A stretch of 64,000 bases of DNA, from assembly GCA_035437945.1 (NCBI GenBank), contig DAOMZG010000002.1:1020-65019 (forward strand), given 5' to 3'. Position 1 is the stretch's first letter; the number at the start of each line of letters is the position of its first letter. The notes under the pieces are model-generated. The model was not told the DNA's origin. It worked only from the letters and a program-made list of their open reading frames with translations, and ran no database searches. Below are positions 28,152-38,570 of the stretch, piece after piece. Made by a program: the position numbers and the translations under genes. Source of the DNA: Verrucomicrobiota bacterium (GTDB lineage: Bacteria; Verrucomicrobiota; Verrucomicrobiia; Limisphaerales; UBA9464).

Positions 28152-28844
28152 ATGAAAATCGTCATCATATCCGCCGTGTTTGCTGCCTTAGTTCTGAGCC
28201 GTTCCGCCTCTGCTGCGGACGCACCGGACCTGAAAGACCCGAAACAAAAGCTGAGCTACGCCCTGGGCACGCAGATTGGCGCCAATTTCCAAAGTAAGGG
28301 CATCGAAGTCGATCCGAAGGCGGTGGCAGCAGGAATTGCCGACGGGATCGCTGGGAAGAACAACTTAAGCGACGCGGAATTGCGTGAGGTGATGACTGAT
28401 TTTCAGACCCAAATGATGGCGAAGATGCAGGCCCGACAACAGGCCGATGGCGAGAAGAATGCCAAGGCAGGCCAAGAATTCCTTGCGGCCAATGCGAAGA
28501 AAGAAGGCGTCAAGACCACGGCGTCTGGCTTGCAGTACAAGGTGATTAAATCCGGCACGGGTAAGACCCCAACCGCTAAGGACACGGTCAAGGTTCATTA
28601 CCACGGAACGTTGATCGATGGGACAGTGTTTGACAGCTCGGTGGAAAAGGGTGAACCGGCGACCTTCCCAGTGAATCAGGTGATTCCTGGTTGGACTGAG
28701 GTGCTGCAGCTCATGAAAGAAGGCGACAAATGGCAGGTGTACATTCCCTCGAAGCTCGCCTACGGCGAAGGTGGTGCAGGCGGCAAGATTGGTCCCAATT
28801 CAGCGCTGATCTTCGACGTGGAGCTGCTCGGCATCGAGAAATAG
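28152..28844 (+). CDS. FKBP-type peptidyl-prolyl cis-trans isomerase (Mip/FkpA-like)
   Basis: Signal peptide, an FKBP_N helical region, GLQYKVIKSGTG...VKVHYHGTLIDGTVFDSS...LIFDVELL. Confidence 0.9.
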   Translation: MKIVIISAVFAALVLSRSASAADAPDLKDPKQKLSYALGTQIGANFQSKGIEVDPKAVAAGIADGIAGKNNLSDAELREVMTDFQTQMMAKMQARQQADGEKNAKAGQEFLAANAKKEGVKTTASGLQYKVIKSGTGKTPTAKDTVKVHYHGTLIDGTVFDSSVEKGEPATFPVNQVIPGWTEVLQLMKEGDKWQVYIPSKLAYGEGGAGGKIGPNSALIFDVELLGIEK

Positions 28845-28897
28845 TCGGAAGGCCAGTTCGTTGACTGCGTCAGGTCCCGCCAGCCGTGGACAGGGGT

Positions 28898-29707
28898 ATG
28901 GCCATATTCTTCGACACGCATGCGCATCTCGACTTCCCCGAGTTCGCGGACGATTTAACCGCGGTTCTCGGTCGGGCGCGCGAAGCGGGGATCGCGAAGA
29001 TTATCTCGATTGGGACTGACCTCGAAGCGAGCCGCCGAGCCGTAGCCTTAGCCGAACGGTTCCCGGATGTGTATGCCGTGGTTGGTTGGCATCCAGGGCA
29101 TGCCGGCGACGCACCCGATGACTTTCGTGCCGAGCTGCGTGCCTTGGCGGCGCATCCCAAAGTGGTGGCTATCGGCGAGTGCGGCTTCGACTTTTTCCGG
29201 CTGCCCACTCGGACGGGTACAGGTTCAGCGGCAGACGATGCGGCGGTACGACAGCGCCAAGCGGGAGTGTTCCGTCAGCAGTTGGAGGTGGCAGCAGAGC
29301 TCGGCTTAAACGTGGTCATTCACACGCGGGATTCCTTTCCGGAAACTCTCGAGCTGTTCACGCCGTTCGCAGATCGAGTCCGCGGCGTGTTTCACTGCTT
29401 TGTCGGAACACCGTCCGAAATGGAGGCCGTCCGCGCACTTGGATCGTTGGTCAGCTTCACCGGAATCGCGACGTTTAAGAATGGGGCTAACGTGCGGACG
29501 ACCTTGGCCGCGACGCCTCTCGATGGTTTCATGCTCGAGACGGATTGCCCGTTCCTCGCGCCGGTGCCGTATCGGGGGCAACGGTGTGAACCCGCCTATG
29601 TGAGAGAGCTCGCCGAAGTCGTCGCTGGCGTGAAAGCCTGCAGCCTAGAGACCCTAAGTGCGGCCACTTGTGCTACGGCTCGGCAGTTTTTTCGAAGCTT
29701 TGGATGA
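28898..29707 (+). CDS. TatD-family metal-dependent hydrolase
   Basis: FFDTHAHLDF, AIGECGFDF, VIHTRDS and ETDCPFL motifs. Confidence 0.9.
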   Translation: MAIFFDTHAHLDFPEFADDLTAVLGRAREAGIAKIISIGTDLEASRRAVALAERFPDVYAVVGWHPGHAGDAPDDFRAELRALAAHPKVVAIGECGFDFFRLPTRTGTGSAADDAAVRQRQAGVFRQQLEVAAELGLNVVIHTRDSFPETLELFTPFADRVRGVFHCFVGTPSEMEAVRALGSLVSFTGIATFKNGANVRTTLAATPLDGFMLETDCPFLAPVPYRGQRCEPAYVRELAEVVAGVKACSLETLSAATCATARQFFRSFG

Positions 29708-29906
29708 TGGGTTGCGCAGGAAGGCGTGGCCATCGGGCGCCGTAATTTAGATGAGGACAGGCCGCAGCGGCTCGCGGCCGAAGACTCGACTCCAACCGTT
29801 CCCATGGTTCCTCGGACTTACTTTGACACGCACCTCCGTTGCTTCCGCAGTACCGAGTCTCGCCTTTTCAGGTGACGCCAGCGCGGGTAGTTTCGGGTTA
29901 CGAGCC

Positions 29907-31679
29907 ATGAAGGTTGGTTTTTCCATGCGTCCGATCGCCCGCCAGCTATTCACGGTGCTGCTGGTTACCTCTTCCGTCCTCGAGTGGCCATTCTTATCAA
30001 CCGGTGCCGAATCTACTAGTGGTCGAAGGCCTGCGGCCGGACCGGTCACGTTCAATCGCGACGTTGCCCCGATTCTCTTCAAGAATTGCGCTCCGTGCCA
30101 TCGCCCGGGCGAATCCGGTCCCTTTTCGCTGCTCACTTTCGCTGATGCGAGTAAGCGCGCCGACACCTTGGTGGAGGTCGTGGAGCGGCGTTACATGCCT
30201 CCCTGGCTGCCCGCGACAGGGCATGTGGAGTTTGTCGGGAACCGCCGCTTGAGTGACTCCGATGTCGCCGTATTTCGACGATGGCTTGAGGGTGGTTTAC
30301 GGGAAGGCGATCCTTCCGATTTGCCGGAAGCGCCCAAATGGAGCAGCGAATGGGAACTCGGAGAACCGGATCTGATCCTCAGGGTGGACACTCCCTTCAC
30401 GCTTCCGCCCGACGGGCGGAACGTGTATCGGAATTTCGTCCTGCCAATCCCCAGCGGCACCAACCGATTCGTGCGCGCGTTTCAGTTTCGCCCGGGCAGC
30501 CGCGCCGTGCATCACGCGTTTATCTTGGTGGACAAGTCGGGAGGTAGCCGAGCGCGAGACGCTGTGGATTCGGTGGCCGGATTCCCCGGGTTGGACCTGC
30601 CCGAAGGAATCGAATCACCGGGAGGAAATTTTCTGAGTTGGCAGCCGGGCCGTCGCCCGTATGTAGCTCCCTTGGGGTTGTCGTGGACGTTGCCCGGCGG
30701 CGCCGACTTAGTATTCCAACTTCATCTACAACCTACGGGGCGACCCGAGCAAATTGCGCCAATGATCGGACTTTATTTCACGAATCGGCCGCCGGACCGT
30801 GAGTTCTTCAAGATCTGCTTAAGCTCGCTTCTGATTGATATCCCGGCCGGCGAAAAGGCCTATCAGGTGGAAGACTCATTCGTCCTTCCGGCGGATGTGA
30901 GCGTGTTGGGACTCAATCCCCACTGCCATTATCTCGGCAAAGACCTCCAAGGGTTCGCGGTGCTGCCCAATGGAACCACGAACCAACTACTTCATATCCC
31001 GGAGTGGGATTTCAACTGGCAAGGTGACTACCGCCTGAAAGACCCCCTGTCTTTGCCACGTGGCTCCAAACTCGTCATGCGCTACACCTTCGACAATTCT
31101 CCGGACAACCCCCGGAACCCTAACCGCCCTCCCCAACGGATCCGCTTCGGCGTAGAGACCCAGGACGAGATGGCGGAGTTGTGGGTTCAGCTCTTACCGC
31201 GCAACCCCGCTGATCTAGAGGCGCTGCGGGCCGCGTACGTCCCCAAGGTGCTGGGCGAGACGATCACCTACCATGAATACCGATTGCGGCTCGACCCCAA
31301 CGATGCCTACGCCCACCGGCGACTGGGCGAAGCCAAGTTCGTGATGGGCGATTTGGTGGCCGCGGCCGCTCATTTGAATTCCGCCGTTCGCCTCGACCCC
31401 AAGGACGACACCGCCCAGCTCAACCTCGGATTGTTGTACCAAGAGCAGAAGAACATTCCCGCCGCTGAACAAGCACTGACCGAGGCGATTCGATTGAATC
31501 CGGCCAACGGTAGAGCACATGGCAGCCTCGGAATCATCTTGGGAGAACGCGGCGATCTCAAAGGGGCGGCGCTCCATTTGCGCGAGGCCGTTCGGTTGGA
31601 TCCCACTGACACGATCGCTCGCTCGGTTTTGGAACAGATTGCTCAGCTTCAACGCCGAGCGGCCCAACCCAAGAAATAG
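29907..31679 (+). CDS. Cytochrome c (CxxCH) / copper-monooxygenase-like (PHM/DBH C-terminal fold) / TPR fusion protein
   Basis: ILFKNCAPCHRPGESGPF heme motif; HHAFIL, NPHCHYLGK and WDFNWQGDY blocks like Cu2_monoox_C-type proteins; C-terminal TPRs. ATG 29907 precedes a signal-like segment. Confidence 0.6.
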   Translation: MKVGFSMRPIARQLFTVLLVTSSVLEWPFLSTGAESTSGRRPAAGPVTFNRDVAPILFKNCAPCHRPGESGPFSLLTFADASKRADTLVEVVERRYMPPWLPATGHVEFVGNRRLSDSDVAVFRRWLEGGLREGDPSDLPEAPKWSSEWELGEPDLILRVDTPFTLPPDGRNVYRNFVLPIPSGTNRFVRAFQFRPGSRAVHHAFILVDKSGGSRARDAVDSVAGFPGLDLPEGIESPGGNFLSWQPGRRPYVAPLGLSWTLPGGADLVFQLHLQPTGRPEQIAPMIGLYFTNRPPDREFFKICLSSLLIDIPAGEKAYQVEDSFVLPADVSVLGLNPHCHYLGKDLQGFAVLPNGTTNQLLHIPEWDFNWQGDYRLKDPLSLPRGSKLVMRYTFDNSPDNPRNPNRPPQRIRFGVETQDEMAELWVQLLPRNPADLEALRAAYVPKVLGETITYHEYRLRLDPNDAYAHRRLGEAKFVMGDLVAAAAHLNSAVRLDPKDDTAQLNLGLLYQEQKNIPAAEQALTEAIRLNPANGRAHGSLGIILGERGDLKGAALHLREAVRLDPTDTIARSVLEQIAQLQRRAAQPKK

Positions 31680-31696
31680 AGAAGCGGTGGCCGGGC

Positions 31697-33007
31697 CTAC
31701 ACTTTTGGTTCCCAGCCGGGCCGGTATTCTCGGGTCCACAACCGTTTCATTTCGGGAGTTGGTTTGCGGATGTCACCAGTAGTAGGGCCCGTCTCCAGGG
31801 CGGTGCCCGTTCGGTAGGCAATGTTGCCCAAATGACAGAGCCGGGTGCTGATCTGGGCATCGCCGATCTCCGAGTTTAGGGGAGTCCCATCCCGTATTGC
31901 ATTTACGAAATTGGTGAAGTGCGGAACGTCGCTGAACTGGCCCTTCACCGCCTTCACCTCCTTCCCGTTGGGATCAAAAATTCGATAACTGGCGCCGCCA
32001 TCGAGCGCGAGCACGCCTTGGTCGCCGTAGAACGCCACAAACGGAAGCGCCTCTTGTTGGCGGCTCAAGCAACTGCTCGCATCCCAACTCGCGCCACAAT
32101 TGCCGAAATCGAAAGTAGCCACTGTCGTGTCGGGCGTCTCTTGGTCATCGGAGAAATGGTACCGACCGCCGTTTACCGTGACCCGGCTGGGATACTCGAC
32201 CCCGAGTCCCCAACGGGCGATGTCGAGGGCGTGGATTCCGTTATTGGCCAACTCGCCGCCGCCCCAGAACCAGCGCCAATGCCAATTGTAATGGATCAAG
32301 TTATCGACATACGGGCGCTCCGGCAGCGGGCCTTGCCACAGCGTGTAGTCTAGCTCCGCCGGCACCGGCGCAGGCTGGCCGCGCCCGATCGTTCCGCGAG
32401 CGTTGCTATACCAACACCGGGCGAACCGAACCGGACCAATTTCGCCAGCTCGCACTCGAGCGATGGCTTCCATGATTTGTGGAACGCTGCGACGTTGGTT
32501 CCCCATCTGCACTTGCCGCCGATACTTCCGAGCGGCCGCCACCATGAGTTGGGCTTCCCGGATATTGTGACTCCCAGGTTTCTCGACATAGACGTGTTTG
32601 CCAGCCGCGCAGGCGAGGATGGTTGCCGGTGCATGCCAGAAGTTGGGCGCCGCGACGGAAATCGCATCGATGGTTGGGTCTTCCAAGATGCGCCGAAAAT
32701 CCTTGGCGGTGCTCGGAGCGTGACCGGTGCGATCCGAAATGGCCTTTACGGCCGGTCCGAGACGGCGTTCATCGACATCGCACACATAGGCCACCTCGAC
32801 CTGCGGTACTTCGAGGAACGCTTGGATATGATCCCGCCCCCGACCGAGGCCCACCACACCGACCCGCACGCGTTTGGCCGGGCTTTCCGAGAGAACAGCG
32901 GGTGGTAAGCCGAGTGCAAGTAAAGCGGCCAAGGAACTGCTCGTTTCAAGGAATTGGCGTCGATGGACACCGCGGGGAGGGGAATTTCTCTTCATGGAAT
33001 TCCTCAA
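31697..33007 (-). CDS. Gfo/Idh/MocA-family oxidoreductase with Tat-type signal
   Basis: [18 protein letters not shown] twin-arginine leader; [14 protein letters not shown] Rossmann start. Confidence 0.85.
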   Translation of the reverse strand: MRNSMKRNSPPRGVHRRQFLETSSSLAALLALGLPPAVLSESPAKRVRVGVVGLGRGRDHIQAFLEVPQVEVAYVCDVDERRLGPAVKAISDRTGHAPSTAKDFRRILEDPTIDAISVAAPNFWHAPATILACAAGKHVYVEKPGSHNIREAQLMVAAARKYRRQVQMGNQRRSVPQIMEAIARVRAGEIGPVRFARCWYSNARGTIGRGQPAPVPAELDYTLWQGPLPERPYVDNLIHYNWHWRWFWGGGELANNGIHALDIARWGLGVEYPSRVTVNGGRYHFSDDQETPDTTVATFDFGNCGASWDASSCLSRQQEALPFVAFYGDQGVLALDGGASYRIFDPNGKEVKAVKGQFSDVPHFTNFVNAIRDGTPLNSEIGDAQISTRLCHLGNIAYRTGTALETGPTTGDIRKPTPEMKRLWTREYRPGWEPKV

Positions 33008-33541
33008 ACGACGCCTGGGCGGGGCCCGATACTCAATCGGAATTTCAGCGCTCGGCCGATAGGACCGACGTAGCTGACGTGTACCGGCGACGATGGGGAG
33101 CGTGGGTTGAGGATGGTTCCGCTCGCTGTTTGCGTGTCGAAATCAGCGAAGGTCCCGCGCTGTTCGCGCCCCTCGTTGGCCCAGGTGCCCTCCCTTGGCT
33201 CCGCCGGGGTTTGGTGGCCGCAGCCTCGACCAGCCCAACCGTGCTTGCGAGGACTCCCCGCGTTCCGGATTCAGGTTCGACCGAGGTGCTGTGCGGATTC
33301 GGCCTCCTCGGCTTAGCGACGCTGCGCGTCCGATGGTCCGGCAAGAGAGGCAGGCCCTCTCGGTGGTGCGACGGCTGTCCGCCACAGCAGACATCAATTG
33401 AAGACTCACCTCACTTCAAAGGGTGACTAAGGCCCGGGCGCGAGGCCGAACATTTGAGGGAAGCGAAATGAAGAGTCCATCCCACACGACCCAACCTCGG
33501 CTTGACCTTAGGGATTGAGGAACTTTAGGCTGAGATGCCCA

Positions 33542-34078
33542 ATGAATACCTCTAAACCCCTCCGCCAAATCCTCTCCGCCACCGCGGCCCTCTCGATAGG
33601 TAGCTGTTTCTCGACTTCCGCCGCTACCATCACCGACTTTGTTGAATCACCGGATTCACTTAGTTTTAAGTTCTCTGGAAACGGGTCCTTCGACTTCGTC
33701 AAAGATAGCTTACCGCCCTTGAAGTATTGGGAAATTGGTACGGAAATTCATGTCGCATTCGGAAGTGACTATGGAGCTGCCTTCGCTCTGCTCCATCATT
33801 TGCCCGATGGTCCAACCGGGTTCGTGGGGACCGCTGATGCAATTGTCCCGTTCGGAACGGGGTACTCTGACACTCAATGGTTCACGCATGGCTCGGGTAC
33901 TGATACCTATCGGTTGTCGATAACGGCGGAATCCAGCGGAAATCCTCGCAATCCTTGGGCGGCCTTCTCGGGCTGGTTCTCAGCGGTCCATACCACCTCG
34001 GTGCCGGACGCGGGCGGGGCCGGAATGCTGTTAGGCCTTGGTTTCCTCGCGCTGGTCGGTGTTCGCCGATTGGTCTGA
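33542..34078 (+). CDS. PEP-CTERM sorting-domain protein
   Basis: N-terminal signal and C-terminal VPDAGGAGMLLGLGFLALVGVRRLV. Confidence 0.75.
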   Translation: MNTSKPLRQILSATAALSIGSCFSTSAATITDFVESPDSLSFKFSGNGSFDFVKDSLPPLKYWEIGTEIHVAFGSDYGAAFALLHHLPDGPTGFVGTADAIVPFGTGYSDTQWFTHGSGTDTYRLSITAESSGNPRNPWAAFSGWFSAVHTTSVPDAGGAGMLLGLGFLALVGVRRLV

Positions 34079-34348
34079 AACAGCGGCGAGTCAGAGCGGC
34101 ATCTGGGTGGAGATGGCCGGCGGAAACTGAAAGTCGAGAAGTTCGCGGCGATGTCCTAACGCCGCGGGCGCGTCGTTTTACTATTAGCCGATTCGGTGCC
34201 GTTAGCTTACGGATCAATTCCTCACTCTTGCGTCTATTCGTGACACCGAAGTTCGTTGTTTTCCACACCACCTCGGACGGGAAATAGCGGTTATGTGTCG
34301 AGCCATGCCGAGGCCTTCCTCCGACCCACAACTGACTACCTTGGTGCC

Positions 34349-34741
34349 ATGAACACGCTCCCAACGCCCGCCGATAACGCCGCCCGGCAACACATCGGCG
34401 CTCTTGCCTGGGCCGCCAGCGGAAAGGATCCCGGATTGACGCCTGAGTACATTCTAGACTGGGCGCTACGAGGGAACCGATTCTTCCCCGAAGATTTGGC
34501 CGACGTTCGGTTGAGCGTGCCCATCGACCTGAAGGCCACGAAACACACCTGGATAGTGGCGGTGAACGAAGGCCGCGAATTGGTGGCGCGTCTGCCGGCC
34601 AAGGAACTGGGGTGCTTTTACGTCAACGCCGCGGGCCAGCCCGTCAATCCCGACCCGGACTCGCCCAACTTCTCTCAACTCATTCGCCACCACGGCAGTG
34701 TCCGAGGCGCTTGGCCCCGCATTGTTGAGGACGCCCAATAA
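34349..34741 (+). CDS. Hypothetical protein
   Basis: 130-codon ORF from ATG 34349 with no competing gene. I recognise no motif. Confidence 0.4.
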   Translation: MNTLPTPADNAARQHIGALAWAASGKDPGLTPEYILDWALRGNRFFPEDLADVRLSVPIDLKATKHTWIVAVNEGRELVARLPAKELGCFYVNAAGQPVNPDPDSPNFSQLIRHHGSVRGAWPRIVEDAQ

Positions 34742-35040
34742 CTCACCAAGAGTGGCTTGGAGAATATGTTCTGCCCAACCCTCAGCGGCGGCGTGACCAA
34801 TGTGGTCGATGCTCCCTGCTAAGGCGTTGTTTTTGGTGATCCGCGATACGCCGATGATTTCCCTGCGCTTCGGATCGGAGTGACGCTCGCCCGCTTGGGA
34901 TGTTTCCCAACTGGCGACGACAGCACAAGGCCATCGACGTCGTTTGATGTCACCACCTTCGCTCCCAACCTCACTGGCCCGCCATCGTATCTCATGTCCA
35001 AAGCTTGAGCCTGCTTGACTGCGCGTTCAGACTGTCGCCC

Positions 35041-37647
35041 ATGTTTCTCCGATTTGGTTCATGGCGAGTCGGGCTTGCCGCTGGGTTAGCCGGTCTATCG
35101 TTCTGCAGCACGATGGCCCAAGATCGCTTCGCGGGCACGGCGACGCCGGTCTCCGCTCTCAAAGTGGCCAAGGATTTTCGGGTAGAGTTGCTGCACACCG
35201 TGCCCAAAGACAACGAGGGCTCTTGGGTGGCAATGTGTACCGATCCCAAGGGACGTCTGATCGTCTCCGACCAATATGGTCCGCTCTATCGGATCACGCT
35301 CCCGCCGTTGGGCACTACCAACGGGCTCAAGATCGACAAGATCGACCTGCCCATCGGCCAAGCGCAGGGCTTGCTGTACGCGTTCGACAGTCTGTATGTG
35401 ATGGTGGCGAATGAGGCATTCCAAGGGCGCGGATTGTATCGGGTCCGCGACACCAACGGCGATGACCGGTTCGACGAGGTGAAGCTGTTGCGCAAGCTCG
35501 ACGGCGGCGGCGAACACGGTCCGCACGCGATCGTACCTACGCCGGACGGCAAGGGCCTTTTCATCATCGTCGGCAATCAAACGAAGATCACGGAGCTCAG
35601 CGGTTCCCAAGTGCCGAAACACTGGGGCGAAGACCTGCTGCTGCCACGCTTGTGGGACGGCAATGGCTTCATGAAAGGCGTGCTCGGGCCCGGTGGCTGG
35701 GTTGCCAAGATTGATCCCGAAGGCAAGAACTGGGATCTGCAGACGGTGGGGTTCCGTAATGAATATGACGCCGCCGTCCATCGCGACGGGGACTTGTTCA
35801 CCTTTGATGCCGATATGGAATGGGACATGAACACGCCGTGGTATCGGCCGACCCGCATCTGTTTCGTGGCGAGCGGCGCCGACTTTGGGTGGCGGTCCGG
35901 CGCTTCGAAATGGCCGTCCTATTATCCGGATACGTTGCCGCCCGTCGTGGACATCGGTCCGGGCTCCCCGACCGGCGTCACGTTTGGTTATGGCGCCAAG
36001 TTCCCGGCGAAATATCAGAATGCGTACTTCGCCAGCGACTGGAGCTACGGCAAGCTTTATGCGGTGCACATCGAGCCGGACGGGGCTGGATATATGGGTA
36101 CCGCCGAGGAATTCATCACCGGCCAGCCGCTCCCGCTGACGGATGTCCTCATCAATCCGCTCGACGGCGCGATGTACTTCGCGATTGGCGGCCGCAAAAC
36201 TCAGTCGGCGTTGTATCGGGTGACCTACGCCGGGTCCGAATCCACGGCGCCTTCCAACATGAAGTTAGCCGGCGGCACGACGCGGGAATTGCGGCGCAAG
36301 CTCGAGAGCTTCCACGGACGCCCAGATCCAAAGGCTGTTGACGCTGCGTGGCCGTTCCTAGGACATGCCGACCGTTACCTGAATACGGCCGCGCGCGTGG
36401 CGATTGAATGGCAACCGGTCGCCACTTGGCGCGAGCGAGCTCTGGCGGAAACGAAACCGGACGCCTCCATCAACGCACTGATCGCTCTCGTTCGCGCTAG
36501 TGCTACCGACGAACCGCATCGAAAGCCGTCCGACCCGAAACCCGATCCGTCGCTGCAACCCGCCGTACTCGCCGCACTTGATCGATTGGACGAATCGAAG
36601 GCGGTCTCCGCCAACAAGACCCAGCAACTTGGCGTGCTGCGCGCCTACGCGCTGACGTTTATTCGGCTGGGCCGACCTGATGACGCCACCCGCCTGAAGC
36701 TCGCGCAGCGATTTGAGTCGCGATTTCCGGCCCAGTCCGCGCCGGCAACCAGTCGGGCTGAGCCGGGCAACTTTCCTGGCGCGACCGCGGCGCTCAATCT
36801 TCAACTCGGCGAAATGCTGGTGTATCTCGCGGCGCCTCAAGCAGCCACGAAACTGATGGCGGCACTCGAGAAGGCGCCGAGCCAGGAGGAACAATTGGCG
36901 TACGCGAAAATGTTACGCGTGTTGCGAACCGGTTGGACCCCGGCGCTCCGTGAAGCGTACTTCAATTGGTACGTCAAAGCCGCGAACTTCCGCGGTGGCG
37001 CCAGTCTCGCGGGCTTTTTGCGTGACATGAAGAACGACGCGATCGCCACGCTTTCCGACGCCGAGAAGATCGCCCTGAAACCCATTCTCGATGCCAAACC
37101 ACCCAAACGGACTGCGCTGGAGAATTTGCTCACCGGCCGACAAGTAGTGAAGGAATGGCAGGTCAACGATTTGACACCTTCCCTGACGACCGGGTTGCAA
37201 CATCGCAACTACGACCGAGGCCGTGAGTTGTTCGGTGCCGTGGGGTGCTACAACTGTCATCGCTTCGCCACCGAGGGTGGAGCGGTCGGACCGGACCTCA
37301 CCGGTATCGCTGGCCGTTTCAACCCGCGTGATTTGCTCGAGTCCGTGGTGGACCCCAACAAAGAAATCAGCGACCAATATCAAGCGATCCTGGTCACCAA
37401 GAATGACGGTGAGACGGTCATCGGCCGGGTCGCCAACCTCAACGACGACTCGATCATGATCGCGACGGACATGACGGATCCCAACGCCTTTGCCGACGTG
37501 AAGCGCAAGGATGTGAAGTCAATTGAGCCGTCCAAGGTTTCGCCAATGCCGGAAGGACTGCTCAATACTCTGAAAGAGGACGAGATCCTCGACCTCCTGG
37601 CGTTCTTGCTCTCTCAAGGCGATCGCAGCAGCAAATATTTTAGGTAA
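35041..37647 (+). CDS. PVC-type heme-binding CxxCH protein (membrane-bound dehydrogenase-like beta-propeller / HEAT / cytochrome c)
   Basis: Signal peptide at ATG 35041. N-terminal propeller-like region typical of the putative membrane-bound dehydrogenase domain. C-terminal GCYNCHRF heme site. Confidence 0.8.
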   Translation: MFLRFGSWRVGLAAGLAGLSFCSTMAQDRFAGTATPVSALKVAKDFRVELLHTVPKDNEGSWVAMCTDPKGRLIVSDQYGPLYRITLPPLGTTNGLKIDKIDLPIGQAQGLLYAFDSLYVMVANEAFQGRGLYRVRDTNGDDRFDEVKLLRKLDGGGEHGPHAIVPTPDGKGLFIIVGNQTKITELSGSQVPKHWGEDLLLPRLWDGNGFMKGVLGPGGWVAKIDPEGKNWDLQTVGFRNEYDAAVHRDGDLFTFDADMEWDMNTPWYRPTRICFVASGADFGWRSGASKWPSYYPDTLPPVVDIGPGSPTGVTFGYGAKFPAKYQNAYFASDWSYGKLYAVHIEPDGAGYMGTAEEFITGQPLPLTDVLINPLDGAMYFAIGGRKTQSALYRVTYAGSESTAPSNMKLAGGTTRELRRKLESFHGRPDPKAVDAAWPFLGHADRYLNTAARVAIEWQPVATWRERALAETKPDASINALIALVRASATDEPHRKPSDPKPDPSLQPAVLAALDRLDESKAVSANKTQQLGVLRAYALTFIRLGRPDDATRLKLAQRFESRFPAQSAPATSRAEPGNFPGATAALNLQLGEMLVYLAAPQAATKLMAALEKAPSQEEQLAYAKMLRVLRTGWTPALREAYFNWYVKAANFRGGASLAGFLRDMKNDAIATLSDAEKIALKPILDAKPPKRTALENLLTGRQVVKEWQVNDLTPSLTTGLQHRNYDRGRELFGAVGCYNCHRFATEGGAVGPDLTGIAGRFNPRDLLESVVDPNKEISDQYQAILVTKNDGETVIGRVANLNDDSIMIATDMTDPNAFADVKRKDVKSIEPSKVSPMPEGLLNTLKEDEILDLLAFLLSQGDRSSKYFR

Positions 37648-37713
37648 GGGTTGCCAACGACTCCGTTACGACACGCGCCAACTCTTCATTCCGTACCGCC
37701 ATCGCGGGCGGGG

Positions 37714-37760
37714 CGCCCAAAACAACACGCCAGAGATGTGCTCCCCAATCCTCGCCTTCA
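37714..37760. repeat. Intergenic motif copy A: CGCCCAAAACAACACGCC ... CCCCAATCCTC
   Basis: An 18-nt block and an 11-nt block are identical to copy B at 48615-48657. Lies just downstream of a PVC-type gene. Confidence 0.6.
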
Positions 37761-37793
37761 GAGGCGGGATCCAACTTCGGGTTTCGGGTCCCA

Positions 37794-38570
37794 CTACGGA
37801 GTCGGCTTCGCAGCTTGAGGTGAGCCTTGTTGGACGTACTCGATTAACTTATTAGCAATCGCGGTTCCTTCGGCGCGCACGTCCCGCTCGGTCGCGCCGC
37901 GTGATAGCACCATCTTCGCGGCGATGGCATACGGATTTCGGGCGACCAATCCACCCGGCATTCTTCGATCTTGATTCTCGGTGCCGATCAGGAGGAACGG
38001 ATCGGCAGCGTTGGTCGCCAGATCGGAAACGGCGACCTGCACTTCCACGTGCTCCGAGCCAGCGCCGAAACCTGCTGAGGCCCGCATCGCCGGATTCCCT
38101 TCGTCTACCCGGGTAAACCAACCTCCGACCAACCAGCCCTGGTCGGGTAGCTTAGCGTCGGGCGGCAGGAACTCGGCGCGCAATCCCTGAGCATTGGGCA
38201 AACGCTGAGCGCGATACCCGGCCTTCTTCAGAGTGTCCACGATGCTTTGGGATAATACGTTGATTAATTGTTGCGCCTTGGCCTCCGGATCGCCATCGCC
38301 GCGTACCCGAGTGAGGACCCGTCCGGCAACGCCATCTTCGCGGACGAGCATCTGGCGTTGGATGTCGGCCGGATTGAGGTAGAAGTCCGACACATAAATC
38401 ATGGCGGGCCGAACTCCGGACGAATTCGCCGAGCCCGCTTTGGTTGGCGTCACCGTCGTTTTCGGTTCTCCAGGCATCGCGCTACAACCGATGAGAGCGA
38501 CCAGAGCGGCTAACATCCCTGCGGGAGCCCAACGACAAAGCCAACGGTTTAGAGCAGGTAAGGAATTCAT
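37794..38570 (-). CDS. Lipoprotein, function unknown
   Basis: ATG 38570 gives MNSLPALNRW...LVALIGC, a lipobox-like signal. The ORF-track start 38672 adds an unlikely leader. Confidence 0.55.
   Translation of the reverse strand: MNSLPALNRWLCRWAPAGMLAALVALIGCSAMPGEPKTTVTPTKAGSANSSGVRPAMIYVSDFYLNPADIQRQMLVREDGVAGRVLTRVRGDGDPEAKAQQLINVLSQSIVDTLKKAGYRAQRLPNAQGLRAEFLPPDAKLPDQGWLVGGWFTRVDEGNPAMRASAGFGAGSEHVEVQVAVSDLATNAADPFLLIGTENQDRRMPGGLVARNPYAIAAKMVLSRGATERDVRAEGTAIANKLIEYVQQGSPQAAKPTP

Noticed and set aside
32623-33426. A 267-aa plus-strand ORF taken as a whole gene.
   Set aside because: Its first roughly 385 nt are antisense to the well-supported oxidoreductase. Only the PEP-CTERM-like tail (33262-33333) is noteworthy, and that is reported separately.
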